NCBI RefSeq assembly: GCF_001194135.2
Contig: NC_068987.1
Coordinates: 53,705,758-53,750,305 of the forward strand
Source of the DNA: Octopus bimaculoides
Taxonomy: Eukaryota
DNA: 44,548 bases
Reading direction: 5' to 3'
Positions within the stretch are counted from its first letter, which is position 1; each line of letters begins with the position of its first letter. Shown in pieces: positions 1 to 10,420 of this stretch. The position numbers and the translations under genes are program-made. Under the pieces are notes generated by a model. The model ran no database searches and was not told the origin of the DNA. It saw nothing but the letters and a program-made list of their open reading frames with translations.

Positions 1-151
1 CTTGGAATTTTCTTTTCTTTTCACTTCTGTTTTTGCAGTTTCTGTTGTCTTTTCTGTTGTGGTTATTGCTGATATTTCTGTTGTTGTTTTTTGTGTTGCT
101 GGTGGTGTTGGTAGTAAGGTTTTTCTGTTGGGGGTATTTGGTAGTTGCTTC

Positions 152-183
<32 letters not shown>

Positions 184-466
184 TTGTTTAGCGGCCAGAG
201 GGAAGTCCTTTTTCAGATGTGCTTTGCTGTTGCATAGGTAACAGCGAGGTCACCGGCCCTCTACCACCACATACAGCTTGTGGTCCTCTGCCAATCTAAT
301 GTTTGGAGGAATCTTCTGTGAAGCCTCCTCCGTGATGTGGAGAAGGATTTCCAGATTTTTCCCTCCCCAGTTCTTTTCCTCTCCGACCGTAATCTCCAAA
401 ATATTTGCCTCCTCCATTTCCAGGCATACGGCCGATATCAGCCATTGGGCGTCCACCTCCGATGGC
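1..466 (-). mobile_element. Decayed non-LTR retrotransposon ORF1 (gag-like) C-terminal part with CCHC zinc knuckle and polyQ tract
   Basis: Minus frame reads PSEVDAQWLISAV...KLYVVVEGR*PRCYLCNSKAHLKKDFP then QQQQ and a Thr/Lys-rich tail. Cx2Cx4Hx4(C>F) lies at 202-243. The stop at 250-252 is a TGA compatible with CGA deamination. The 5' part is lost in the gap. Confidence 0.7.
152..181. repeat. (TGT)n microsatellite encoding polyQ in the minus-strand ORF1 remnant
   Basis: Ten direct TGT units. Confidence 0.95.
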
Positions 467-1630
467 NNNNNNNNNNNNNNNNNNNNNNNNNNNNNNNNNN
501 NNNNNNNNNNNNNNNNNNNNNNNNNNNNNNNNNNNNNNNNNNNNNNNNNNNNNNNNNNNNNNNNNNNNNNNNNNNNNNNNNNNNNNNNNNNNNNNNNNNN
601 NNNNNNNNNNNNNNNNNNNNNNNNNNNNNNNNNNNNNNNNNNNNNNNNNNNNNNNNNNNNNNNNNNNNNNNNNNNNNNNNNNNNNNNNNNNNNNNNNNNN
701 NNNNNNNNNNNNNNNNNNNNNNNNNNNNNNNNNNNNNNNNNNNNNNNNNNNNNNNNNNNNNNNNNNNNNNNNNNNNNNNNNNNNNNNNNNNNNNNNNNNN
801 NNNNNNNNNNNNNNNNNNNNNNNNNNNNNNNNNNNNNNNNNNNNNNNNNNNNNNNNNNNNNNNNNNNNNNNNNNNNNNNNNNNNNNNNNNNNNNNNNNNN
901 NNNNNNNNNNNNNNNNNNNNNNNNNNNNNNNNNNNNNNNNNNNNNNNNNNNNNNNNNNNNNNNNNNNNNNNNNNNNNNNNNNNNNNNNNNNNNNNNNNNN
1001 NNNNNNNNNNNNNNNNNNNNNNNNNNNNNNNNNNNNNNNNNNNNNNNNNNNNNNNNNNNNNNNNNNNNNNNNNNNNNNNNNNNNNNNNNNNNNNNNNNNN
1101 NNNNNNNNNNNNNNNNNNNNNNNNNNNNNNNNNNNNNNNNNNNNNNNNNNNNNNNNNNNNNNNNNNNNNNNNNNNNNNNNNNNNNNNNNNNNNNNNNNNN
1201 NNNNNNNNNNNNNNNNNNNNNNNNNNNNNNNNNNNNNNNNNNNNNNNNNNNNNNNNNNNNNNNNNNNNNNNNNNNNNNNNNNNNNNNNNNNNNNNNNNNN
1301 NNNNNNNNNNNNNNNNNNNNNNNNNNNNNNNNNNNNNNNNNNNNNNNNNNNNNNNNNNNNNNNNNNNNNNNNNNNNNNNNNNNNTTACTCTGTTCTTTTT
1401 TTTTCTTCTAGCATCTGAAGCCTCGGGAAATGCTCGTCAAAAGAACAAGACAAGCGTTCCAAAATTATGTTTCTCGACATTTTTCAAATGTCAAGAAGGA
1501 AATTTTTGTATTTTGCTAGGGCCGAAACTGCCCCTGGGGGCCAATTCCTGCCCTTCAACAAAATGTGGACAATAAAAGGTCAAATAAACATTTACCTTCG
1601 CAGCCGATGTGACAGCACGTCCATGAGAAG

Positions 1631-1697
<67 letters not shown>

Positions 1698-1738
1698 CAG
1701 ACAGATAGACAAACAGACAGATAGATAGATAGATAGAT
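1631..1738. repeat. (AGAT)n/(AGAC)n microsatellite
   Basis: Seen directly. Confidence 0.97.
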
Positions 1739-2122
1739 ATTAAATACACACAAACATAAGTATGCGTGTGTTTATATAGGTACACATAAGTGTAATCATA
1801 TGAACACATATTTACATGTATGTGTGTGTCAATTGTATTGTATTGGTTCTATCCATAATTTACTGTCCAATTTGTATGTTATCCTTCACGTTTAGTTTTT
1901 GTTTCACCGTCACTCCAGTGATAGTTTCTACATCATTAGCGCAATCAGACAAGCATTATCATGCAATTTAATGTCATGGGATTTTAAATGCATTGAAAAT
2001 GTACTTTCATTCTGATCTCCAGGTGATTTCCATGTTTATTTTCCCAGTGTCCTTTAACAATAATTATTTCCATGTTCCATTAAAAATTTTCGCTTTTTAG
2101 AGACGCGCACATGCACACAAAA

Positions 2123-2123
<1 letters not shown>

Positions 2124-2170
<47 letters not shown>

Positions 2171-2187
2171 GTGCGCGTGTGTGTGTG
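2124..2187. repeat. (GT)n microsatellite
   Basis: Seen directly. Confidence 0.97.
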
Positions 2188-2677
2188 CATGGATTATGAC
2201 GAGAGCGAGAGAGAAATCTTAGAGAAAAGCTTTATTAGATCTTCCACTTCTGTAGATCACCTCAAACGCAGTAATCGTAGCGAGATCTCAACAGTTACAC
2301 ACGATTCAAAGCGAATAAAGAATCGAAACTGATTAAAACTCAACGAACAACATAGTTGTTCGTCTAACCAATACATTAAGTTTAATTATAAATTTTACGT
2401 AAACGGAAAATGTACGTAATATTTGAGATGTAACGAAAGTAAAATATTCAGAACAACTGTGCCGTGTAAATTTATAGTTATATTTATATAAATAAATGTA
2501 TGAAATAAGGCAGATGTACTTGCATAGCGAGTGACCTGATCTGAAATCGTGTGCTGAAACAAAAGCAATTGCAGCGTAGAAGGTGTTTACAAGCCATTTA
2601 AAATCACACAAAAACTGTTAGATACACTTCAACATTCAAATTTAATTTGCCAAATATTTTCGTCGCTTTGAGACTGC

Positions 2678-2735
2678 GACCTGTTCACTGACAAAATTCC
2701 GGGCTGCAGCGCGGAATTTTGTCAGTGAACAGGTC
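2678..2735. other. Perfect inverted repeat: 24 bp arms with a 10 nt spacer
   Basis: gacctgttcactgacaaaattccg (2678-2701) is the exact reverse complement of cggaattttgtcagtgaacaggtc (2712-2735); spacer is ggctgcagcg. Confidence 0.95.
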
Positions 2736-2829
2736 TAAGTGTATCTATCGGCTTTTGTGTGTTTTTAAATGTATGAGAATTTGTGAGATATCTATAAACA
2801 TTTAACTTCTTTATATGAAGATCGGGAAA

Positions 2830-3330
2830 CAAACACAGTTATGGGAATTTAGAAGTCTTCAATGCAAAGAACATCGAAGGCATTGAAAAAATTATTTACT
2901 AGAGCAAACGTTCATAAACAAGTTTATAACCTCCACTGTTAGAAAACGTGGAAGATTAAGTTAGTTGCCTGTATTTAACTGAAGGAATTAACTGTAATGT
3001 TTGTCCGAAGGTATTTACTTGCAACATTCTGAACTTAGTTAATATAGCGAGTTGTAGATGCCTGGAAATCTGAATCGGACAAACTGAATTGTCACTAAAC
3101 AAACGAATGTCCGAACACCGACGGCAAACCCATTTTGAGAATAGAAAGGAAACCAATTTCAATAATTAGATATATAGCAAAGTCGGATGAACCAAGAAAA
3201 TGCTAAGATATCCCGATATATAATTATTCATATTCAGCCATTTAAAATAACAACAAATAACCACAGAAAGAACACCTTAAATATAAGCCGCGCTTAAAAG
3301 CATGGTTCAAATCAAAAACAGATTATTATG
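2830..3330 (+). mobile_element. Penelope-like element remnant, GIY-YIG endonuclease region
   Basis: Translates to CLYLTEG...VFTCNILNLVNIASCRCLEI*IGQTELSLNKRMSEHRR (IGQT at 3074-3085, RMSEHR at 3104-3121), matching the PLE pattern FTC..N.IY.I.C..C...YIGQT...L..R..EH. Confidence 0.7.
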
Positions 3331-3540
3331 AAAAAGGCGCTGCAAGCTCAAATGTATTTGTATAAGATACACATACCTAACTACTCATTCTCCATTAAGT
3401 TAAAGTGCCAAACCCAGTTTCATGGGGGATATTGTGATTAACCTTATGTTAACAGTAATCAATAATTCAATGAAGCTAAGCATCGTTACATCGTTATTTT
3501 TCAATATAAAGTAGGTATTTTTAATAAATTCACATAAATA

Positions 3541-3647
3541 TAAATATATATATATATATGTTTATACAGCGAGAGAGACAGAGAGAGAGAGACATACAGA
3601 CAGAGAGACAGACAGACAAACACACAGACAGAAGATAGATAGATACA

Positions 3648-3678
<31 letters not shown>

Positions 3679-3716
3679 GCATGTGTGTGAGCGTGTGTGT
3701 GCATATACACATGCTT
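3541..3716. repeat. Compound microsatellite (TA)n,(AG)n,(AGAC)n,(ACAT)n,(GT)n
   Basis: Seen directly. Confidence 0.95.
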
Positions 3717-4012
3717 ATACGCACATACGTGTATACTTATAGAAGGGTTCAGAAATCCACTTTAAGTGTAAATAACATATAAAATTAATATTTTACATTT
3801 CGTTATGATTTTAACATTATGAAATATTAATATCATCATTGCTATTTCATCATAATATCTTTTAATAGAAATGTATGTTAGTGCGTTATGTAGGTGCGGT
3901 GGCACACAGGGAATTTGGGCTAAATTTGAGAGTTTGCATAAAAGATTAAAAAAAACAATATCCCATTCAAAAATAAAAGAATCTAAAATATCAACAAATA
4001 CCAACTATACTG

Positions 4013-4015
<3 letters not shown>

Positions 4016-4066
<51 letters not shown>
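4016..4066. repeat. (GT)n microsatellite
   Basis: Seen directly. Confidence 0.97.
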
Positions 4067-4067
<1 letters not shown>

Positions 4068-5279
4068 GTTTTGCTTACTTTGGTAAATTATCGGTACCAA
4101 AATATGAGAGAAAAATTCATTGTCCACATTATAGCGGCAATCCTGATCAATTAAAATTTTCTGGGCACCCCTAGTTGAACCGTTCAGAGATGCCCCGATT
4201 ACTGGTAGTATGCATGATACGACAGTCGACCAGCTATCTAAGAATTTCTGAGCCGTGACACCTAACAGGTTGTCATTCAGTCAAAAGAACTTTCGCGCAT
4301 CTCACGGTGAGGAAGATTCATTCTGTTGAAGTAGATCGTAGGTATAACGAAGGCATGGAAGAGGAGACAAGATATCCATTAAGAAACTCAAATGACTTCC
4401 GTTGATCTCTGCTGTTAGCCGATTATACTAATAATAAAGTATCTTTCGAAAAACGACGAATGCACACCATTAGTAGTCTCTTGTTTTACTACAACATTTT
4501 GTTTGTGAATTTTTTGTAGCAATTAAGTAGTCTTTGGAAAATTCACTACCAACGAATTACGACACAGTATGATATAGTATCACCTTAATTTTCGTCCAGA
4601 TATTAGTAACTTAGGTACGTGTTATTCGTCTCTTATACATTTTTCTAGTGTTGCAATCATAATTGTTGTGTCCATTTAAATGCCATCCCATTTAGCTTTC
4701 GTCACATTTTCCATCTTTCTGTCTTGGTGGTTTATCTCTGACATCAACATACTTGACATGATTCATATTCGAACATCTTTCCTTCTCGGTGGACCTCAAT
4801 GTTTCCATTCCTTGTACCGTAACCACTAAATGGAAAAGCATAATCGTTCATTACTGCGCAGCCTTCCGGTGGTTGGATTGTCCACTAGTAATGCTACATG
4901 AGACATCAGCTGGAGATCACACACACCACTTAGTAATATCTACTGAAATCTGATATCAATATCCCTCAAGCTAAAGTTATATCAACAAACATCGCAAATA
5001 ATTGAAATGTCAATGAATATCAATATTGGCATCAGTCATTTTAACCTCCTTGCAGTGCACGCTGAAACTTAGATCTAAATGCAATTCACCAGCCGATCCT
5101 GAAATTCTAGTAGTGTTATATCGAGGACTATGTCGGTGTAGTATATTCTCTAGTGATATACTATGCTGACACTCTCCATCTGTCATTGGAATTTACTGCT
5201 ACCGTCTCTGAATTTCTGCCACCTTTCTCTGTGTCTCTGTCATTACTTATTATACACATAACGACGAATTATAATGCCT

Positions 5280-5620
5280 CGAGTTTTCCCTAGTCATGCA
5301 CATTGCAATCGTATTTTTGTATCACATTCGACTCCGACAACTCTATAGTAAAGACTCAGATATTATCTCCAAATCCTATAAAACATGCCATTTCTTCCTC
5401 GCATTGATAGTTAAATCCGCACACCAGCGAGACCACGATAATGGCAGAGCTTCTGCTCATTTATTCTCAAACGCAAACACCTAGAGGCAGAGTTCACTTA
5501 AGTACGTTTTTTCAACTGACGAACAGTTCACTTCACGGAACTATATCTTGCGTCTTTCGCTTAATTGAACTGTTTGGTAAATATGGCAAATTCGGTATGG
5601 ACATCTGGTACATACTTTTG
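5280..5620 (-). mobile_element. Possible very old PLE GIY-YIG remnant
   Basis: Minus-strand fragments TKVCTRCPYRIC, VNCSS, YLSE and (frameshifted) RCLRLRINEQK occur in the order expected for the Cys linker, NC.S, YIGE and RINEH motifs. Weak. Confidence 0.3.
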
Positions 5621-5774
5621 TGAACTTTATTGCAATGCTAATCGAAATACTGGAATGCTAATCTTTAAGCGTGTTTAAATGCGTTTTACTCTATATTTAT
5701 ATGAAAGTACGTTTGCATGTAGATTTATACAAATAAGTGTTTGTGAGGATATGTGTCTGTATGGAGAAAGAGAT

Positions 5775-5850
5775 GCATACATACATACATACATACATAC
5801 ATAGATAAATACATACATACATACACACATATGTGTATGCGTGTGTATTT
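5775..5850. repeat. (ACAT)n microsatellite
   Basis: Seen directly. Confidence 0.95.
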
Positions 5851-6124
5851 GATATTATATATAGCCTCCGTCGCCAAACCTGACAAGGATTTTGCATATT
5901 TATGCGTAATCCTGAGTAAATTATTCTATCTCCCCTTTCCACGACACTGATGTGTATCGAACAGAAAGGCTACTGCCTTCGGCCGGCATAGACTGTCGTC
6001 TGTCTCATAAAAACGTCGGTATAGGAGCTAAAATAACAGACTAGATGCGGTGAAGCCTCGTGCCCGACGAAGCGGTGATGCCTCGTGCTAGACGAACCAC
6101 ACCAGTTCCGCTAATACATTATAT

Positions 6125-6240
6125 CTGAAAGGGTGAAAATCAGTAGTGACCACGGCAGGATTTGATCTCAGACTGCAAGCAGTCGGAACAATACGTTCGA
6201 GATATCTTATCCAATACTCTAATGGCTCCGCTAATTCGCA
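6125..6240 (-). mobile_element. Diverged tRNA-derived SINE head
   Basis: Aligns by eye with the copy at 26880-26992 (gaaagggtgaaa...gaccacggcaggatttgatctcaga). Minus-strand B-box-like GAGATCAAATCC at 6158-6169. Confidence 0.65.
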
Positions 6241-6283
6241 AATTGCGTCATGTGTGAGTATACTTTGATACATATGTCTGAGC

Positions 6284-6303
6284 ATACATACATACATACA
6301 TAC

Positions 6304-6357
<54 letters not shown>

Positions 6358-6410
6358 ATATACATGTATTCATGCATATATAAACATATATAAGTATGTG
6401 TGTGTGTATG
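6284..6410. repeat. Compound (ACAT)n,(GT)n microsatellite
   Basis: Seen directly. Confidence 0.95.
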
Positions 6411-9269
6411 TATATATGTCTTTTTAACGTGTTGATTATAGTTTGGATTGCAGTGCTTCACAGTTTCGTATTCTTATATCTCGAGGCCATATTTAAGGTA
6501 ATCATCAAACCAGAATGCAGCAACTGCCGATCTCTCACAGCAGAATCCTGTTCTTCCATAATAATTTATCTATATTCTACGTTCTGGATTATGGTGTCCC
6601 CACTTCTCTGGTTTCTTCATTATTTACAAATATACACATGCACTCATAAAACACTAACACGCGCATTGAGACACAGCTATGTATATTCGCAAAGCAGTAA
6701 CACATGCTTATACTCAATTACAAACTCACGTACAAAGCGAAACATTTGAATATACACATGTACATCCACATATGCATACGTATTCTTGAGGGATGATGAG
6801 GTTGTTTATATATGTTTATGTTGAATGTATATGTGCATACTTATACACATGCATGTATATATATATATATATCTTTCAATGTACACCCAACTTCAAAGCA
6901 TATCTTGTCTATTTAGGGTATTACACATTGTGCATCCTTTTATCTGTATCCTGAAGAAGGAACGGGTAGACCAAAGAATTTGCCGAATCCTTTTGCACGT
7001 GTTTATGTCATACGTCACCTAGTATTAAAAAAGAGAGACTCACAGAGATTCTGTAGATACCGCTTCTTTATAATGCATGGTGAATAGTTAAAAGGTAAGC
7101 ATTTCTAAGTGATATTATAACTTTGACTTACTCGTTAATTCTGTTGCTTTAAAATCTCTAAGATCATAGGAAAGCAGTTTAAACATTTTATAATCGTGCT
7201 TTCCCTGTTATACGTCAAAGAGTGAACAATGCTATTCAAAATGGATGTATACAAAACTGCACGTATACAAAAACAAAACATGCACGTATACACGCAAGCG
7301 CACGCGCGAATACACATACACGCACACATATATACTTAAACATTTTTCCTGGCACATAGATTATACGTAATTATCATAACTCTTAAAGTTACAAAAACTA
7401 ATAAACTGTTATAGTGTCATACGTCCTACCAGCAGAAACTAAAAAGATTATGGAATTTGATCAGAAATAAAAGAAAGACTGAGAAATTGGACGGTGAAGA
7501 CCAAGATGCATAACAAAGACGACGTGATGGTCATGTCTATGTAATCATAAATGTGTCCAGTGTCATAGTGTTAATTGTACTCTCTTACCAGTCAGTGACG
7601 CGCTTCATTTTCAATCTCTGTTTAAAATCATTCAACTTACAACATTTATACTTTTGTTAATTTGAATAATGTTGAATTTCACATTTTTTACGCAGGTGGG
7701 TTATCTAAATCATTATCTTTTTCAAACAAAATCAAAATGGAAGCCCGCGTTTGAATTGTTCAATCAACACGGTTTTCCCCACCAATGCACGAGTGAATGT
7801 TTCCTTAGATGGAGGGGAAAGTAATTGTAATAGTCTCTATATTTTTACATACCCAAGGAGGAGATATTAATAATTGAACCGCATGTCAATATGAATGCAC
7901 TCGAATTATAATTGTTTCTTTTTTTGTTTAGCACACGCAGATCACCCACACGAAGCCATTCAACTGTAATTGTCTCTTTTTATATCCATAACTAATTTTC
8001 CATTACTCTCTTTCTATCATGTCAAGCAACCATATATACTTCCCATCACTGGATCGTGTATCTTTGCTACTGTTGCATCTTAGATGGGTAAACTATATTT
8101 AAAACCTTAATTTTCTCGTTGTGCATCGAGCAGTGTACTGCCCGCAAGAAAATACGCCTAGCCCTATTTCGACTTGATATTTAGGAACATTTCTGAAGCC
8201 TACGGAGTAAAATGAGATTACAACCCTTTTACGATTTCGCCAGAGCTATTAAACTCTCAGAGAACTGTCTTCGAATAGCAACCTTAACCAAATGCTGAAA
8301 TTTGTGAGCCGAATGTTGATTATTCTTAAATTTCATTGTTCCGTTATAGCATATAATGCTGCTCCAAGGTCCTCTTTTTTTTTTTTGCTCTAGCACAGCT
8401 ATTCATCTTTATGAGGAAGGGAGGAGATATTGTAATCTCAATAACTTTGGCATTAAATACTAAAAGAAATGCCTTGAACCAGCAATCAAAGCCATATCCT
8501 TGAATTCGCGCGATGGATGCTAGTTAGGTGAAAAGAAAGCCAATACACAACGTTGTTTTCCTTTTCGTCCTATATTATTCCACGCTTCCTTATCCACTTT
8601 GTACCGTGGACAAGAGATGGCATATTTTAAACTTTTCAGATCCATTAACAGTATAATCTAACGTACATCAGTCGAGGACTGAAACTGCGAAATGGACTCG
8701 CAGTTCCGCAGATTTATATTGTTGTTTCATTAAGTATTTCTCAAAGGACACTAAATCTCCCATTGGTGCATTATTTCAAATAGATTCGAAACTATACTCC
8801 TGTGCCTATATACTTAACACACGTTTCACATGAAGGCATTGATGATTTTACATGATCAAAAGACGCATTTGAGCAGAAATATTTAGGAAGTGCTGGTCTA
8901 CATCGTTCAACACATAATAGCATATATTAGAGACGAGAATAAATTTCGTTGAATATCTTATAAGATAAACATGACAATAGGACTGTATATAGAATGAAAA
9001 CTGGTTATTGATCTGAATATAGATTTCTTAAAATAGCCTGGATTTATTGTTTCCTGCTTGTAAATAACTTTCATGTATCAATGATGAACAGGAAGATGTT
9101 GTACATATATTCGACTCATATATCGATAAGGAGACACACAATAAACATGAATAGAAACCCCCTGCCTTGGCAGAATGTATGTGAGCCCTCAGCCGGCAAT
9201 TAAAACTACCTCGCTATCTTATTTATTAGAAAAAGCCCGCAATGAAGGACACATTTGAATAAAATATAA

Positions 9270-9425
9270 ATATACACGCATGCACGCACGCTCTCACACA
9301 CGCACGCACATACATGCACACACATACACAAACACACACAAACACACACATACACGTACACGTACACGTACACGTACACGTACACGCACGCACCCACACA
9401 TACACGCACATATATATGTATGCAG
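9270..9425. repeat. Compound (AC)n tract including (TACACG)6 at 9351-9386
   Basis: Seen directly. Confidence 0.93.
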
Positions 9426-9431
9426 TATATA

Positions 9432-10420
9432 CGTGGTCTGATCAATAAGTATCCAGACGGTTGCCATAGTAATGAAGTTAAAGCACACAGAGTGAAGCCG
9501 CTCGGTACAGATTGACCTTGAACTCTATTGAACTTGCGCACTACGTTTTAACGTTCTAACCCACTTCCGCTGTTTGCAGCAGTGTTTAGAATGAACGTGT
9601 GTAGCGTTTGATCGTCGCATTGACCATAACAGAGAAAGTTAAGCAGAGAATCTGTATCAAATGTTGTTTAGCGATACCTGCTCAGAAGTCTGCGCAAAGT
9701 TGCAGAAAGTGTATGGAAAGGAGTGTATAAGCTGCACACAAGTGTACGAGTGATTCAGACGTTTGCATGATTGCCGACAAAATGTCGATAGTAACAAACG
9801 CTCCGGGAGACCTGCAACCAGCAGAAGTGAGAAAAACATAGCGGATGTGCGTGCAGCTGTTAGGAGAAATCGTCGAATGACCATCCGTGAGTTATCAGAG
9901 GATGTGTAGAATAGTTACGGTTCAATTCAATCCATCATCACTAAAGACTTAGGTATGAGACACGTGTCTACCAAGTTTATGCCAAAACTGTTTTCAGCTG
10001 ACCAAAAACCATTCGGGTTTCAGTTGCACAAGATCTTGACTGTTTCCAAAACGATGTAAACATTTTGAAAGCGGTCACAATGGGTGATGAACCGTGGGTT
10101 TATGGTTATGACCCCAAAACTAAGGCTCCGAAATCGAAAAAGAGCAGGTATGCGTCGATGTGAAGACCCTGTTGTTTAGTTTTCTTCGACTACAAGAAGA
10201 TTGTTCACTGTGAGTATGCTCGACCTGGTCAGACAGTAAACAAGGAGTACTATAACTGCTGATTATCCCAGAAAACGAATTCCATGACTGATTCTTTCAC
10301 GCTTGATTATGTATGCGACTTCCGAAGGGGAATATTTTGAAGGAGATTAAATGCCAAATTGGTACGTGTTGTAGTCTAGTTACTATAGCACAAGTCCGGA
10401 TACTTATTGATCAGGTCTTG
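9432..10420 (+). mobile_element. Internally deleted mariner (Tc1/mariner) transposon
   Basis: TIRs cgtggtctgatcaataagtatccagac and gtccggatacttattgatcaggtcttg, with TA on both sides. Decayed transposase motifs: QRICIK, KRSGRP, RRMTIRELS, LGMRHVSTKFMPKL, VTMGDEPWVYGYDPKTK. Confidence 0.93.

Noticed and set aside
6047-6096. 25 bp direct repeat as a CRISPR-like array
   Set aside because: Two adjacent units with no spacer, no cas genes and a eukaryotic context.
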